This document shows positions 1-8,350 of a DNA stretch of 64,000 bases, one piece after another. The stretch covers positions 346,699 to 410,698 of the forward strand of contig CAVTRL010000001.1 in assembly GCA_963737125.1 (NCBI GenBank), written 5' to 3'. The DNA comes from an uncultured Chloroflexia bacterium. GTDB taxonomy: Bacteria; Chloroflexota; UBA5177. The notes beneath the pieces were generated by a model, which saw only the letters and a list, made by a program, of their open reading frames with translations, ran no database searches and was not told the origin of the DNA. The position numbers were made by a program, and so were the translations under genes. Within the stretch, counting starts at the first letter, position 1. Each line of letters begins with the position of its first letter.

Positions 1-1251
1 CAACGATTGGTACGTTGGGTTCCGAAAGTTTACCAGCAGATCTCCATGCGACACGGAGGAGGAAAGTGCCCCTCCGAGGCGTATCCAGGCTGATGGAGAG
101 AGCGTCGTGAGGCGACTCAGTAAGTGACCTGCCACGATGCCAATGAACTGCTTTCCCCGAAGTCTGGCCGGGATCCCCGCACCACCGTTCGGTGCCCAGT
201 GCGCGTAGTAATCAGCTAGCTGACCGACGTTCGCCCCGGATACCTCACGCCTGTACTCAGGTACATACATAGGGCCGGTGGCAGTCAGTATCCGAGAGAC
301 CGCACCGGGTGTCACGTCGACCACATTCGCAACGCTCCGATGAAAGTCCAATCTGTAAAAGAACCGTTCGAGCGCAGCGGTCGTTGGAAAATCCGGTGAC
401 CAGTTGGAGTCTCGAAAAAGCCAGCCAGGTTCGTCGTTGTAATTCTCGACCGGTTCCGGCGGAGGCACCGAGAGATTATCGTCAATGCCGGTGCTCTGAA
501 AGATCTGTTTTGGTTTCCCGTCGTGAATCGTCAATAGACTTGCGCTACCGATAAAGCCACCCGTCGCACGGAGCTCGTTCGAATCCTGGTATGCCAGCAA
601 ATAGGAAGTGGAACCGTGCTCACCCAGGAGTGAGGGCGCAAGCGACAGAGCGCGGCAGAGAATCAGGAGTTGCGGGAGTCGCGTGTCGAGGGAATGAAGA
701 GCGGAGCTCAGGGAAGCCGGCATGCTGCCTCCGGGAATGGCGTGCCGACTGCGTTCGGCATCCCGAAACTGCGTACACGCTCGATCAAACGCTGGGCCAC
801 CTGCTTCCAAGCCACGCACCAGAGTTTGAGAGTTACGCGATCGCGAGGCAGTAGTCCATTCACTCGCAAGCGGCCCGAAGCCATCCAGTAAAGAAAGTGC
901 GCCGTCGGCCGTACTTCGGGCGGCGTGGGCGATGTCTGGGGCCGCGGCCACCTCTACCCCCACCCGAGGGACCCAGCCGAGATGTTTGATTATCGGGGCC
1001 AGGAGGCCGAGCTGGTTGTCGGCGGAGCGAAAGTCTTTTCTCGCGCTGTCGATATCGTTACGCACGGGCGCAAGCGTGAGACGAAGTGACGCGTGGGAGT
1101 GTATCGATTGGAGAGAATTCTGCGCGGAGTGTAATTCGTTTACACCGTTGAGAAGGGATCGACGTGCTGAGACAAGCTCAAAGGCCACAACGGCGAACAC
1201 TACGACACAGAGCAGGGCACCTATGAAGTACAGGAAGCAACCACGATGCAT
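1..1251 (-). CDS. DUF4012 domain-containing membrane-anchored protein, 3' end truncated by the window edge
   Basis: Not in the ORF track because there is no stop in the window. Manual translation gives an open frame from ATG 1251 to base 1: N-terminal TM (CFLYFIGALLCVVVFAVVAF), then YLLAYQDSNELRATGGFIGS and WLFRDSNWSPDFPTTA, which match the motifs I recall for DUF4012. Confidence 0.8.
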   Translation of the reverse strand, partial: MHRGCFLYFIGALLCVVVFAVVAFELVSARRSLLNGVNELHSAQNSLQSIHSHASLRLTLAPVRNDIDSARKDFRSADNQLGLLAPIIKHLGWVPRVGVEVAAAPDIAHAARSTADGALSLLDGFGPLASEWTTASRSRNSQTLVRGLEAGGPAFDRACTQFRDAERSRHAIPGGSMPASLSSALHSLDTRLPQLLILCRALSLAPSLLGEHGSTSYLLAYQDSNELRATGGFIGSASLLTIHDGKPKQIFQSTGIDDNLSVPPPEPVENYNDEPGWLFRDSNWSPDFPTTAALERFFYRLDFHRSVANVVDVTPGAVSRILTATGPMYVPEYRREVSGANVGQLADYYAHWAPNGGAGIPARLRGKQFIGIVAGHLLSRLTTLSPSAWIRLGGALSSSVSHGDLLVNFRNPTYQSL

Positions 1252-1407
1252 GCTCTAGAGTAACCGTGTGCGTATGAAGACCGAAGCCCGGCGAACCAAC
1301 GTGCAGTAGAAGCCGACACCTCTATGTGTCGCCCAGGGCAACACTCTCAGTATCGGCTTGGTGGCGTAACTTTCGGTCTTCCTCGCGCCTCAGCTTTTCA
1401 GAGGTAC

Positions 1408-2226
1408 TCACCACTCGCCTTCGGAAAGGCGGTCAAGCAGCAGCGCGGCTGTGGCAGACGCCTCACCGCGCGGTCCGTGTAGAATTCGGGCTTTGTCAAC
1501 AGCCCTTTCAAGCGTAGCGAGCACGGTCTTGGGCTTACGGCGCAGCGCTGGAGCATGAGCGAGTAGTTGCAGTAGAGCCTCGCCCGCCGACAGGGATTGT
1601 GGATGCCACTGTTTTCCAGGCTCGTACTGTGTCAGAAGGATCGCACCAACCTGCAGCGGTTCATAGCCCAAAAATCCGTCAAAGGCTTCTATCGGTGTTT
1701 TTACCTGGAATATCGACTGCATTTCACGGACTTCCAGCGGTGCGGCGTGCGGATGTATTTTCCCGTGACGGTCGAATACTGCGAATTCGTCGGAATAGTA
1801 AGCAGCCCCCGCTCGAAGCAACTCGGAAACAAGTGTCGTTTTGCCGCTAAAAGTAGTGCCCGGAATGAGGATTGCCTTTTCATTCCACCCCACCACACCC
1901 GCGTGCAGGAAGACTCGATGCTTGGCGCGAATAGCGATAAACAGTTTGAGTTCTGCCTGCAGCACGTGCAGAGCAGTCGGAATATCCGGCCCTTGATAGA
2001 GAACCCGCGTGTTCGCGTATACGCCCACACTGTATTTCCCGATTTGTCGGATTGAGAACAACCGGTCGACGACACTATGCGGATTGTCACTGGACATCCA
2101 GCCATAGGGAAAGTAGTCGGGGAGTTGAGATGCGACTTCTGGGTTATCAGTTCGTATCCCGAGGCGAATGCCGTGTACCTCGCCGACGTGCGTCGTCACC
2201 CATGGAAGACACTGGAGCGATTCCAT
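1408..2226 (-). CDS. HPr kinase-related P-loop protein (putative Ser/Thr peptide kinase)
   Basis: FLHAGVV ... IPGTTFSGKTT (Walker A) ... YYSDEF pattern of HprK C-terminal-like kinases. Start moved to ATG 2226 (MESLQCLPW) so it does not overlap the upstream gene. Confidence 0.8.
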   Translation of the reverse strand: MESLQCLPWVTTHVGEVHGIRLGIRTDNPEVASQLPDYFPYGWMSSDNPHSVVDRLFSIRQIGKYSVGVYANTRVLYQGPDIPTALHVLQAELKLFIAIRAKHRVFLHAGVVGWNEKAILIPGTTFSGKTTLVSELLRAGAAYYSDEFAVFDRHGKIHPHAAPLEVREMQSIFQVKTPIEAFDGFLGYEPLQVGAILLTQYEPGKQWHPQSLSAGEALLQLLAHAPALRRKPKTVLATLERAVDKARILHGPRGEASATAALLLDRLSEGEW

Positions 2227-2272
2227 TCGAGAAGAAGGTCTGCGCAGTCGAGGATAATCGTCTGGATCGCTG

Positions 2273-3838
2273 CTAACCGTGCGGTGACCCTTCACGATTG
2301 ACTCCAGCAAGAACCACTTCGGGCGCCCCATTGAGTAACCGAATGATGTCCGTTGCTCCACCGATTTGGGAAGCGATAGTTCGTGATGCATCGATCACGA
2401 TACCCACAGGTGTAGCATTTACCCCGAAGGAGGCGGCAGTGGCAAACTCTCGATCAAATAAAACCGGTGAGTGCAGGTGCAGGCTTCGTGCTTCTTCTAA
2501 CAATCCGCTGGCGATTACAACGAGCCTGGGAGCGCCAGGTGGCGGCATAGAATCCCACCGATGAAGATCCTCTGTCATGCCACGGCAATAAACACATGTC
2601 GAGCTCCAGAAGAGTACAAGGGTCTCGCCCACCAGGAGATCCGACAGCTGAACCAGATTGCCCTCCAGGTCAGGTAGTTCCAACGCCGGAGCTGGTTGTC
2701 CAAGAAATGAATCCTTTATGATTTCGCGATGCTGCGCTTCAAACTTCAGGCCCGCGAGCTGAACGGCATTCGGCTGGTAGTCGCTTGGTTGCACCATGGT
2801 CAGCACTTCGTTCAAAAGCCAACGTACTTCCTCCGCTCCGCCGCCGACTGGACTTCCGATTGTGCCGTCAGGGCGAATAAGAACGGCTGCGGGAGTACCT
2901 GGGACCTCGAACTCCGTCTCGATACTACGGTCCTCCGCAAAGAGCACTCGTTCCAAACCATGGCTGGAACGCTTCTCTTCGGCGATTTCCAAAGTGCTGC
3001 CACTACTGATCACTACAAGTTCGACATCTCTGCCGTGATCCCGTTGCCAGTGCCCGATTTCTGGCATAAGTGCATTGCAAGGCTCACAGTTGGGTGACGT
3101 GAATAAAAGCAGTAACGGCTTTCCAATACCGTACAGGTCTTGAAGTGAAACGATATGCCCTTCTGTATCCGGGAGCGAGAAGGAGGGAGCTATCGTGCCG
3201 GGTGGGAGGCCGTACCGCGCTGCACTTATCGCTGATCCGGCGACTTCCGGTCTATCAGCACGTAGATCGGACTCAATCATCTTGATGCGCAATAAAATTT
3301 GCTTATTTTGCTGAATAAGCTCACGCAAGAAAGCAAGTGCGACCAACAGAAGACCGGAACCGGCAGCAGCCGCTAGCACGGCAATCCACTCTCCAGCGCT
3401 CAGTAGGGCCAAGCGGTGAAAGGCAGCAGGATCGTGGTTGATGTTTCCCTGTGCCAGTATGAACACCGCCGCCGCGGCAAGCACTCCATTTCGTACCAGG
3501 GTGGCTGGTCCAATCGGCTCCGAGTGTAACTGGCCGAAGCAGTGGCAGTCAGGGGCATCCCCACGCGCCAAACTTACGGTAATGCCGGCGTCAAACGCTA
3601 CGAGTAGAGCTAGCGCACCAAATGCGCCCCACCACGCGAGAGCGCCCGGGAGCAAAAGAGCGACCACCACGATTTCCAGAAGTGGAAGACAAAATGCCAC
3701 AGGCCCGACTAGCGGCCCCGGCAATCTGAAGCTTCTTACCGCCTCACGTGTCCCGGATCGATCCGTCAGCTTACCGTAAGCGGCCAGCGCAAAAACCCCG
3801 GCCAAAACCAGCCGGAGCGCTAGGACAATCAACGACAC
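2273..3838 (-). CDS. MauE/DoxX membrane domain fused to two thioredoxin-like (AhpC/TSA-TlpA) domains
   Basis: N-terminal TM helices with the MauE-type DCHCFG...TLVRN motif; two APxFxLPDxxG redoxin starts with CxxC motifs CEPC and CVYC. Confidence 0.85.
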   Translation of the reverse strand: MSLIVLALRLVLAGVFALAAYGKLTDRSGTREAVRSFRLPGPLVGPVAFCLPLLEIVVVALLLPGALAWWGAFGALALLVAFDAGITVSLARGDAPDCHCFGQLHSEPIGPATLVRNGVLAAAAVFILAQGNINHDPAAFHRLALLSAGEWIAVLAAAAGSGLLLVALAFLRELIQQNKQILLRIKMIESDLRADRPEVAGSAISAARYGLPPGTIAPSFSLPDTEGHIVSLQDLYGIGKPLLLLFTSPNCEPCNALMPEIGHWQRDHGRDVELVVISSGSTLEIAEEKRSSHGLERVLFAEDRSIETEFEVPGTPAAVLIRPDGTIGSPVGGGAEEVRWLLNEVLTMVQPSDYQPNAVQLAGLKFEAQHREIIKDSFLGQPAPALELPDLEGNLVQLSDLLVGETLVLFWSSTCVYCRGMTEDLHRWDSMPPPGAPRLVVIASGLLEEARSLHLHSPVLFDREFATAASFGVNATPVGIVIDASRTIASQIGGATDIIRLLNGAPEVVLAGVNREGSPHG

Positions 3839-4048
3839 GGTGGCCGTTCCTCTCTGTCAGGCCCCACCACGACTCACTGGCAGAACGAACCATGAGTCGG
3901 CTGCAACGACTCGACGCACCCCACACGTCTTCTCATTGTGCTGGCAATCGGCGCGCTGGACTTGTGTACCTACGTGGCACGTAGCTTCGCACCGGCCATG
4001 CTTGTACGGCAATGTCGTCAATTACATGCGCACTCGCGTAACCCGCGG

Positions 4049-4684
4049 TCAGCACATAGCGGCGCATGGCGTCCAACCCTGACCTTTAGGGCCGGGGCAG
4101 CACTTAACTCCCGTAGACATACTATTAATTTGACAGCAATGTCCTGAGCCATCGTCTTGCTGACTGCCACTACAACTCGAGCAGACGCCGCATTGGGTCT
4201 TGCCGTTCCATACAACGCAGCACCCGCAGTGTTCTTTGTTTCCCCCACACCCCAGCTGTGAAGGGGAGCAGACGGGAGGTGGTGACGACCAAGCAAACCC
4301 GGTGGTTGGCAAGCTAATAGCGGTAATCATAGGAAGAGCCACTGCTGCGGCAACACCAGTGCGACGCATCAAGTCCCGTCGAGACATTACGTCATCGACG
4401 CGATCGGCAGCATTGTCAAGCAAGCCGTCCTTGTCCAATTGCTTGATTGCGGCATTGACGGTATTTTCGTTCACTGCCGCACCATTTGAGTCACGGATCA
4501 AGTGCACCATATACGCGACAGACGTCCGGCCGTCGCTCAACTGCCAGACCTGTCCCGCAATCTCGTTTAGACAGAAGGCTTTATCCTGTTGACGGTCAAA
4601 AACCAAGATCTCTCTGTCTAACTCACGGACCACCAGGCCGGTGGATCTTGCTCGAGGTCTGAACTCTTTGGAAACTCTTCCCAT
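4049..4684 (-). CDS. PqqD/RRE-domain protein fused to a Tat-type leader and a Cys-rich C-terminal peptide (RiPP-like precursor)
   Basis: ATG 4684 preceded by GGGAG. LVVRELDREILVFD...AFCLNEIAGQVWQLSDGRTSV is a PqqD signature. It is followed by MSRRDLMRRTGVAAAVALPMITAISLPTTGFA and an 80-aa tail with 14 Cys. Confidence 0.85.
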   Translation of the reverse strand: MGRVSKEFRPRARSTGLVVRELDREILVFDRQQDKAFCLNEIAGQVWQLSDGRTSVAYMVHLIRDSNGAAVNENTVNAAIKQLDKDGLLDNAADRVDDVMSRRDLMRRTGVAAAVALPMITAISLPTTGFAWSSPPPVCSPSQLGCGGNKEHCGCCVVWNGKTQCGVCSSCSGSQQDDGSGHCCQINSMSTGVKCCPGPKGQGWTPCAAMC

Positions 4685-4771
4685 CGTTCGGTGCTCCCCC
4701 CTGACGCTCGCATGCACAGCGTTCGACGTCACCAACACGAACACTTGTACACGGTGCCGTCTTCAGAGCTT

Positions 4772-4800
4772 ACTCTACATAGTCTTGCGGTGACTGTCAA
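4772..4800 (-). promoter_or_regulatory. Sigma70-type promoter for the PqqD/MauE/HprK operon
   Basis: Minus strand TTGACA-N17-TAGAGT, about 90 bp upstream of ATG 4684. Confidence 0.6.
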
Positions 4801-4922
4801 GGGTCGGCCCCCAAGGTACAGGGCTCGTGAATTGTCGAAAATGAGGGAATAGAACGACGACCTCCCTCGGCCGCAAGATGCACCCCCAAAACCTCCGTCG
4901 CCGCGACAAAAGGAGGCAATTG

Positions 4923-5207
4923 ATGCAGTCTACCGCCTCCCTGCCCATGGGATGTGCCCAGACCGTGCTCGAGTATGGTGGTCATTACCTACTCCCGGCC
5001 CGGGTGCTCAGCAAGCGATGGAAATCCAGCGACAGGTCACCAGTGTTTGGGAGAGTCGGACCGAAACCTGATACTTCATCACCGACCTCGGACCCCGTCA
5101 AGCTGACCCTGCTCGCCTGCTCTGCGGAAAGGATCGGATTCGGACACGCACCGCTCCCCGGTTCCTGGCTGCACACGATAGTGCACGGAGCCCGTTGCAG
5201 AACGTGA
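4923..5207 (+). CDS. Possible small hypothetical protein (94 aa)
   Basis: AAGGAGG 6 nt before ATG 4923, open to TGA 5207. No recognisable domain. Confidence 0.25.
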   Translation: MQSTASLPMGCAQTVLEYGGHYLLPARVLSKRWKSSDRSPVFGRVGPKPDTSSPTSDPVKLTLLACSAERIGFGHAPLPGSWLHTIVHGARCRT

Positions 5208-5213
5208 TTTCTA

Positions 5214-5243
5214 TTGTAAACCGCCGAACGTATGGCATATACT
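5214..5243 (+). promoter_or_regulatory. Candidate sigma70-type promoter for the first Wzc-like gene
   Basis: TTGTAA-N18-TATACT in an AT-richer intergenic patch about 200 bp upstream of TTG 5442. Confidence 0.4.
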
Positions 5244-5441
5244 GCGGACTAGTGGGGGGATCTGGGAATAGCAAGTGATGTCGCGTACGGCTCAGGAAAT
5301 GGGTAACGCGTTTGCGAGCCCATAGCAGTCAAGGGTTGTCTTCATTTCGCCGCACACGGTTAATGGCCGAATGGCCTAACTTACTGTCGTGTCGGCGCGA
5401 ATGGTGGGCGCATTCACGCGCTGCCCCAAAGGTGACGCACT

Positions 5442-7070
5442 TTGAAACTTAGCCTCTACCTTTATACTGGCCGTCGCTGGGCGCTATGGTCGGTGGTGCC
5501 GGCAGTCCTCGTCGCTCTGGCTAGTTATTTCTACACAGCACACGAGCCGAAAGTGTACCAGACATCCGCGACGCTGTATGTTCAGGAGCCGGATACCGGC
5601 GGGGGCGTACCGGGCGGCACCGACATTTATACCAGCGAAGCGCTAATCCCCACGTACAGTGAGATGATCAGCCTGCCGGTTATCGCCGTTGACGTGGACA
5701 AGGCTCTAGCCAAGAAGTACCCTGGATATCGCCTGGAAAACCACAACTTGACCGCAGGCGGACTCGGTTCTCTGCCGTCGGCCAGTGCCAGTACTCAACT
5801 CATGACCGTGACGGTAACCGATACTAATCCTGTCCGGGCTGCCGCGGCAGCCAATGCCGCGTCTTCCGCCTTTATCACACAGCAGGAAGCCCTTCAGAAA
5901 TCGCGGTTCCAGGGCGGCGAAAAGGCGATCCAGCAACAACTCAACGTGGCGCAATCAAACATTCAGATCGTTTCGCAGCGACTCACCAATTACCGGGGCT
6001 CGCCCGGAGGCCTGAGCAACTTAAAGGCACAGCTCAGTGCGTATCAAAGCATTTACGCAACCCTGCTCGGATCGGCTCAAGAATTCAGCGTGGGGCGTGA
6101 TACTGCCTTGCACGCGCTCAAGATCGTCTCACCCGCTTCAATTCCCACGACCCCGATCGCACCCAACCCGTCACGCACTGCGCTGATCTATGGGTTCTTC
6201 GCTTTGGTCTTGGCAGCCGGCGGCCTCTTCGCATTTGACTATCTGGACGATACGCCGCGTACCCCGGAGGAGATTGAAGAGATCGTTGGAGCGCAAATCC
6301 TTGGAACGGTGCAGCAGTTTGACCAGAGTAAGTACGGGGCGGGGTTGGTCTCCATCAAAAAGGGCGACTTCCCAGCGGCCGAGGCTTACCGCGTCATACG
6401 CACCAACCTTCAATTTGCCAACGTCGACCATCCGCCACGTTCCTTGGTGGTCACCAGCGCGTTTCCCGGTGAGGGGAAGAGTACGACCGCGAGTAACCTG
6501 GCGACGGTATTCGCGCAGGCCGGCACACATGTTTCGTTGGTGGATGGTGACCTTCGACGACCCAACTTGCATAAGCTTTTCAAGGTGAATCGTGGTGAGG
6601 GCCTCACGAATCTGCTCATTTCAGCAGGCGCTCTGAACGGTCATGGACCCTGGCAATCGGTGTCACCGAATCTCGACCTCATCGTATCTGGCCCACTGCC
6701 ACCTCGACCAGCAGATCTTCTGAGCTCCGCACGGATGAAGGATGTAACGGCTCACCTATCGGAAGGCGCCGGGATGCTGATCATCGACTCGCCTCCCGTG
6801 CTTGCTGTCACCGACGCGGTGATCCTGTCAACCATAGTCGACGGTGTGATACTGGTAGTCGATACGAGCCGAAGTAAGAGAAGTGACCTTCGACGTGCCC
6901 GAGAAGCAATTGAAGGCGTCGGAGGCAAAATCGTGGGGATTGTCGTCAACCGGCTGAAGGAGCGCGGCGGCGGATATTACTATCACTATTATCAACGCCA
7001 TTACGGCTACGCGGAGTCGTACGACTTCAACCCGGCTACCGAAAAGTCGCTGACCGAAACGAAAGTGTAG
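5442..7070 (+). CDS. Polysaccharide co-polymerase / BY tyrosine autokinase (Wzc/CpsCD-type), copy 1
   Basis: Wzz-like N-terminus with two TMs; AEAYRVIRTNL; Walker A GEGKSTT; VDGDLRRP; LIIDSPP; Tyr-rich tail GGGYYYHYYQRHYGY. TTG start. Confidence 0.9.
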   Translation: MKLSLYLYTGRRWALWSVVPAVLVALASYFYTAHEPKVYQTSATLYVQEPDTGGGVPGGTDIYTSEALIPTYSEMISLPVIAVDVDKALAKKYPGYRLENHNLTAGGLGSLPSASASTQLMTVTVTDTNPVRAAAAANAASSAFITQQEALQKSRFQGGEKAIQQQLNVAQSNIQIVSQRLTNYRGSPGGLSNLKAQLSAYQSIYATLLGSAQEFSVGRDTALHALKIVSPASIPTTPIAPNPSRTALIYGFFALVLAAGGLFAFDYLDDTPRTPEEIEEIVGAQILGTVQQFDQSKYGAGLVSIKKGDFPAAEAYRVIRTNLQFANVDHPPRSLVVTSAFPGEGKSTTASNLATVFAQAGTHVSLVDGDLRRPNLHKLFKVNRGEGLTNLLISAGALNGHGPWQSVSPNLDLIVSGPLPPRPADLLSSARMKDVTAHLSEGAGMLIIDSPPVLAVTDAVILSTIVDGVILVVDTSRSKRSDLRRAREAIEGVGGKIVGIVVNRLKERGGGYYYHYYQRHYGYAESYDFNPATEKSLTETKV

Positions 7071-7231
7071 CGGCTCGGCAACTGTCCGGCAAGTCTAGCC
7101 GGGGCAAGGCGTCAAGATCTTTTCGGCGCCGTTTATATTCCTCGGGCTTGCAACCGGTTTCATGGGCGACTTTGGACAATGTTGCTATACGGGAGCAAAG
7201 AAACCCGACGGACGCCAGCATTTCACTCAGG

Positions 7232-7651
7232 TTACGTGGAGAGACGCCGCCGAATGCCGGCCATGAGCAGGTAGCCGCATAGTACTCCGAGGGTGTTCGT
7301 GAGCACATCGGTGGTGGATGCAGTTCTGCCGAGGGGAAAAACGTATTGCGCGGTTTCTATGGCACTTGACAGGGCCGTTCCCGCTGGAATCATTCTTCGT
7401 GGATCGTCCAGTGCCGGCACCGCCAGTGGCACGAAGAAGCCGAAGGGCACATACAGTGCCACATTCCCTCCAAGCTGGATCATGAACCATCGAGCAAGCT
7501 GATCGGCCGGAAGGGTAGTCTGCAAATCGCGGAATGGGACCAGGTTCAGTACGTGGCTCGTATGCCCAAAGGGGAACAAGCCCACGCCGAGAATCAGGAA
7601 CAAGGCGGCTGCCGCACGGGTCCGGTTCACCCGTATTACGTTACGCTCCAC
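7232..7651 (-). CDS. VanZ family membrane protein
   Basis: NLVPF...GNVALYVPFG...SSAIETAQY...GRTASTTDVLTNTLG is the typical VanZ pattern. Confidence 0.75.
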   Translation of the reverse strand: MERNVIRVNRTRAAAALFLILGVGLFPFGHTSHVLNLVPFRDLQTTLPADQLARWFMIQLGGNVALYVPFGFFVPLAVPALDDPRRMIPAGTALSSAIETAQYVFPLGRTASTTDVLTNTLGVLCGYLLMAGIRRRLST

Positions 7652-7907
7652 ACGCTGACGACACGCCCGTACGGGACATAAGGCTCGCTCGGCGGAGACG
7701 GCTCCATCGGTTGAGGATGAAGCTCAGGTGCGTCGCGCATGAATCAGCATAGTGCACGCATTGAAATTTGGTGCGTCGAGCTATTTCCTGTACGGTGCTT
7801 CTTCCCGGGTGTAGCCTGGTCGGAAGCCTCACACCCGGAATGAGTCAAAGAGGTCTTTGACTATGAGTTCAGGCCCGCTGAGCCTTCAGGAAACGAGGTA
7901 GAAACCT

Positions 7908-8132
7908 GTGGAGTCAGACCCGAGCAGTAAGGCGGCCGAGTATGAGAGTGCCAGGCTTCGGCGAGTAAGCTCCGAGACGCACGGGCGCATATGCCGTCAA
8001 TGCATGCAACCCATGCTTTCCAGGCGGCGCCTGCCATGGTATCTTCGGCCTCTGCGCCGGCTCGGATTCCCTTTGAAGTCCTACGAATGTCTCTTTTGCG
8101 GCGCTGTGACGATTCACCGAAAGGAGCGATAG
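7908..8132 (+). CDS. Small basic zinc-ribbon-like protein (74 aa)
   Basis: GAGG SD before GTG; two CxxC pairs (CRQC, CLFC) near the ends. Confidence 0.5.
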   Translation: MESDPSSKAAEYESARLRRVSSETHGRICRQCMQPMLSRRRLPWYLRPLRRLGFPLKSYECLFCGAVTIHRKER

Positions 8133-8350
8133 AACATCTTTACGGTTTGCGCGGTCGGCGGACTGAGACGGTGTGAGAGTCGCGACAACAATAACGTACT
8201 TGAAGTGTAGATAATTTGATGTAGAACCTTCTATATTTACGTGACATGAACGTCGAACACGAAAGACGTTCACCGTGCCCGGAAATTGTCCCAGTGGACT
8301 GTGGTCGGGTCGGGGAAGGTGCATACATGCAGGTGCGTCCAAGTGAGTAA

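Noticed and set aside
1221-1411. Two tiny coupled minus-strand ORFs (1322-1411, 29 aa; 1221-1319, 32 aa) between the kinase and DUF4012
   Set aside because: No motifs. The second may be the true DUF4012 N-terminus displaced by another indel. Not supportable as peptides.
4049-4684. Cys/Trp-rich Tat peptide as a methylamine dehydrogenase small subunit (TTQ, MauA-like), suggested by the neighbouring MauE/MauD-like gene
   Set aside because: No MauG-like di-heme peroxidase or beta-propeller large subunit is in the operon. The core is short (80 aa), shows no MauA motifs I recognise and carries an RRE.
1408-4684. Lasso peptide cluster (PqqD plus HprK-like kinase, as in paeninodin)
   Set aside because: No asparagine-synthetase-like cyclase, no transglutaminase-like B2 and no lasso-type precursor in the window.
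4797-5176. Minus-strand ORFs of 62 and 63 aa as extra precursor peptides
   Set aside because: They lie upstream of and across the predicted promoter, have weak SDs and show no leader or core features.
7805-7840. Resemblance to SRP RNA or a c-di-GMP riboswitch
   Set aside because: The SRP CAGG...GGAAG...AGCAG internal loop and the GEMM GCAAA/GAAA motifs are not present in the right arrangement.
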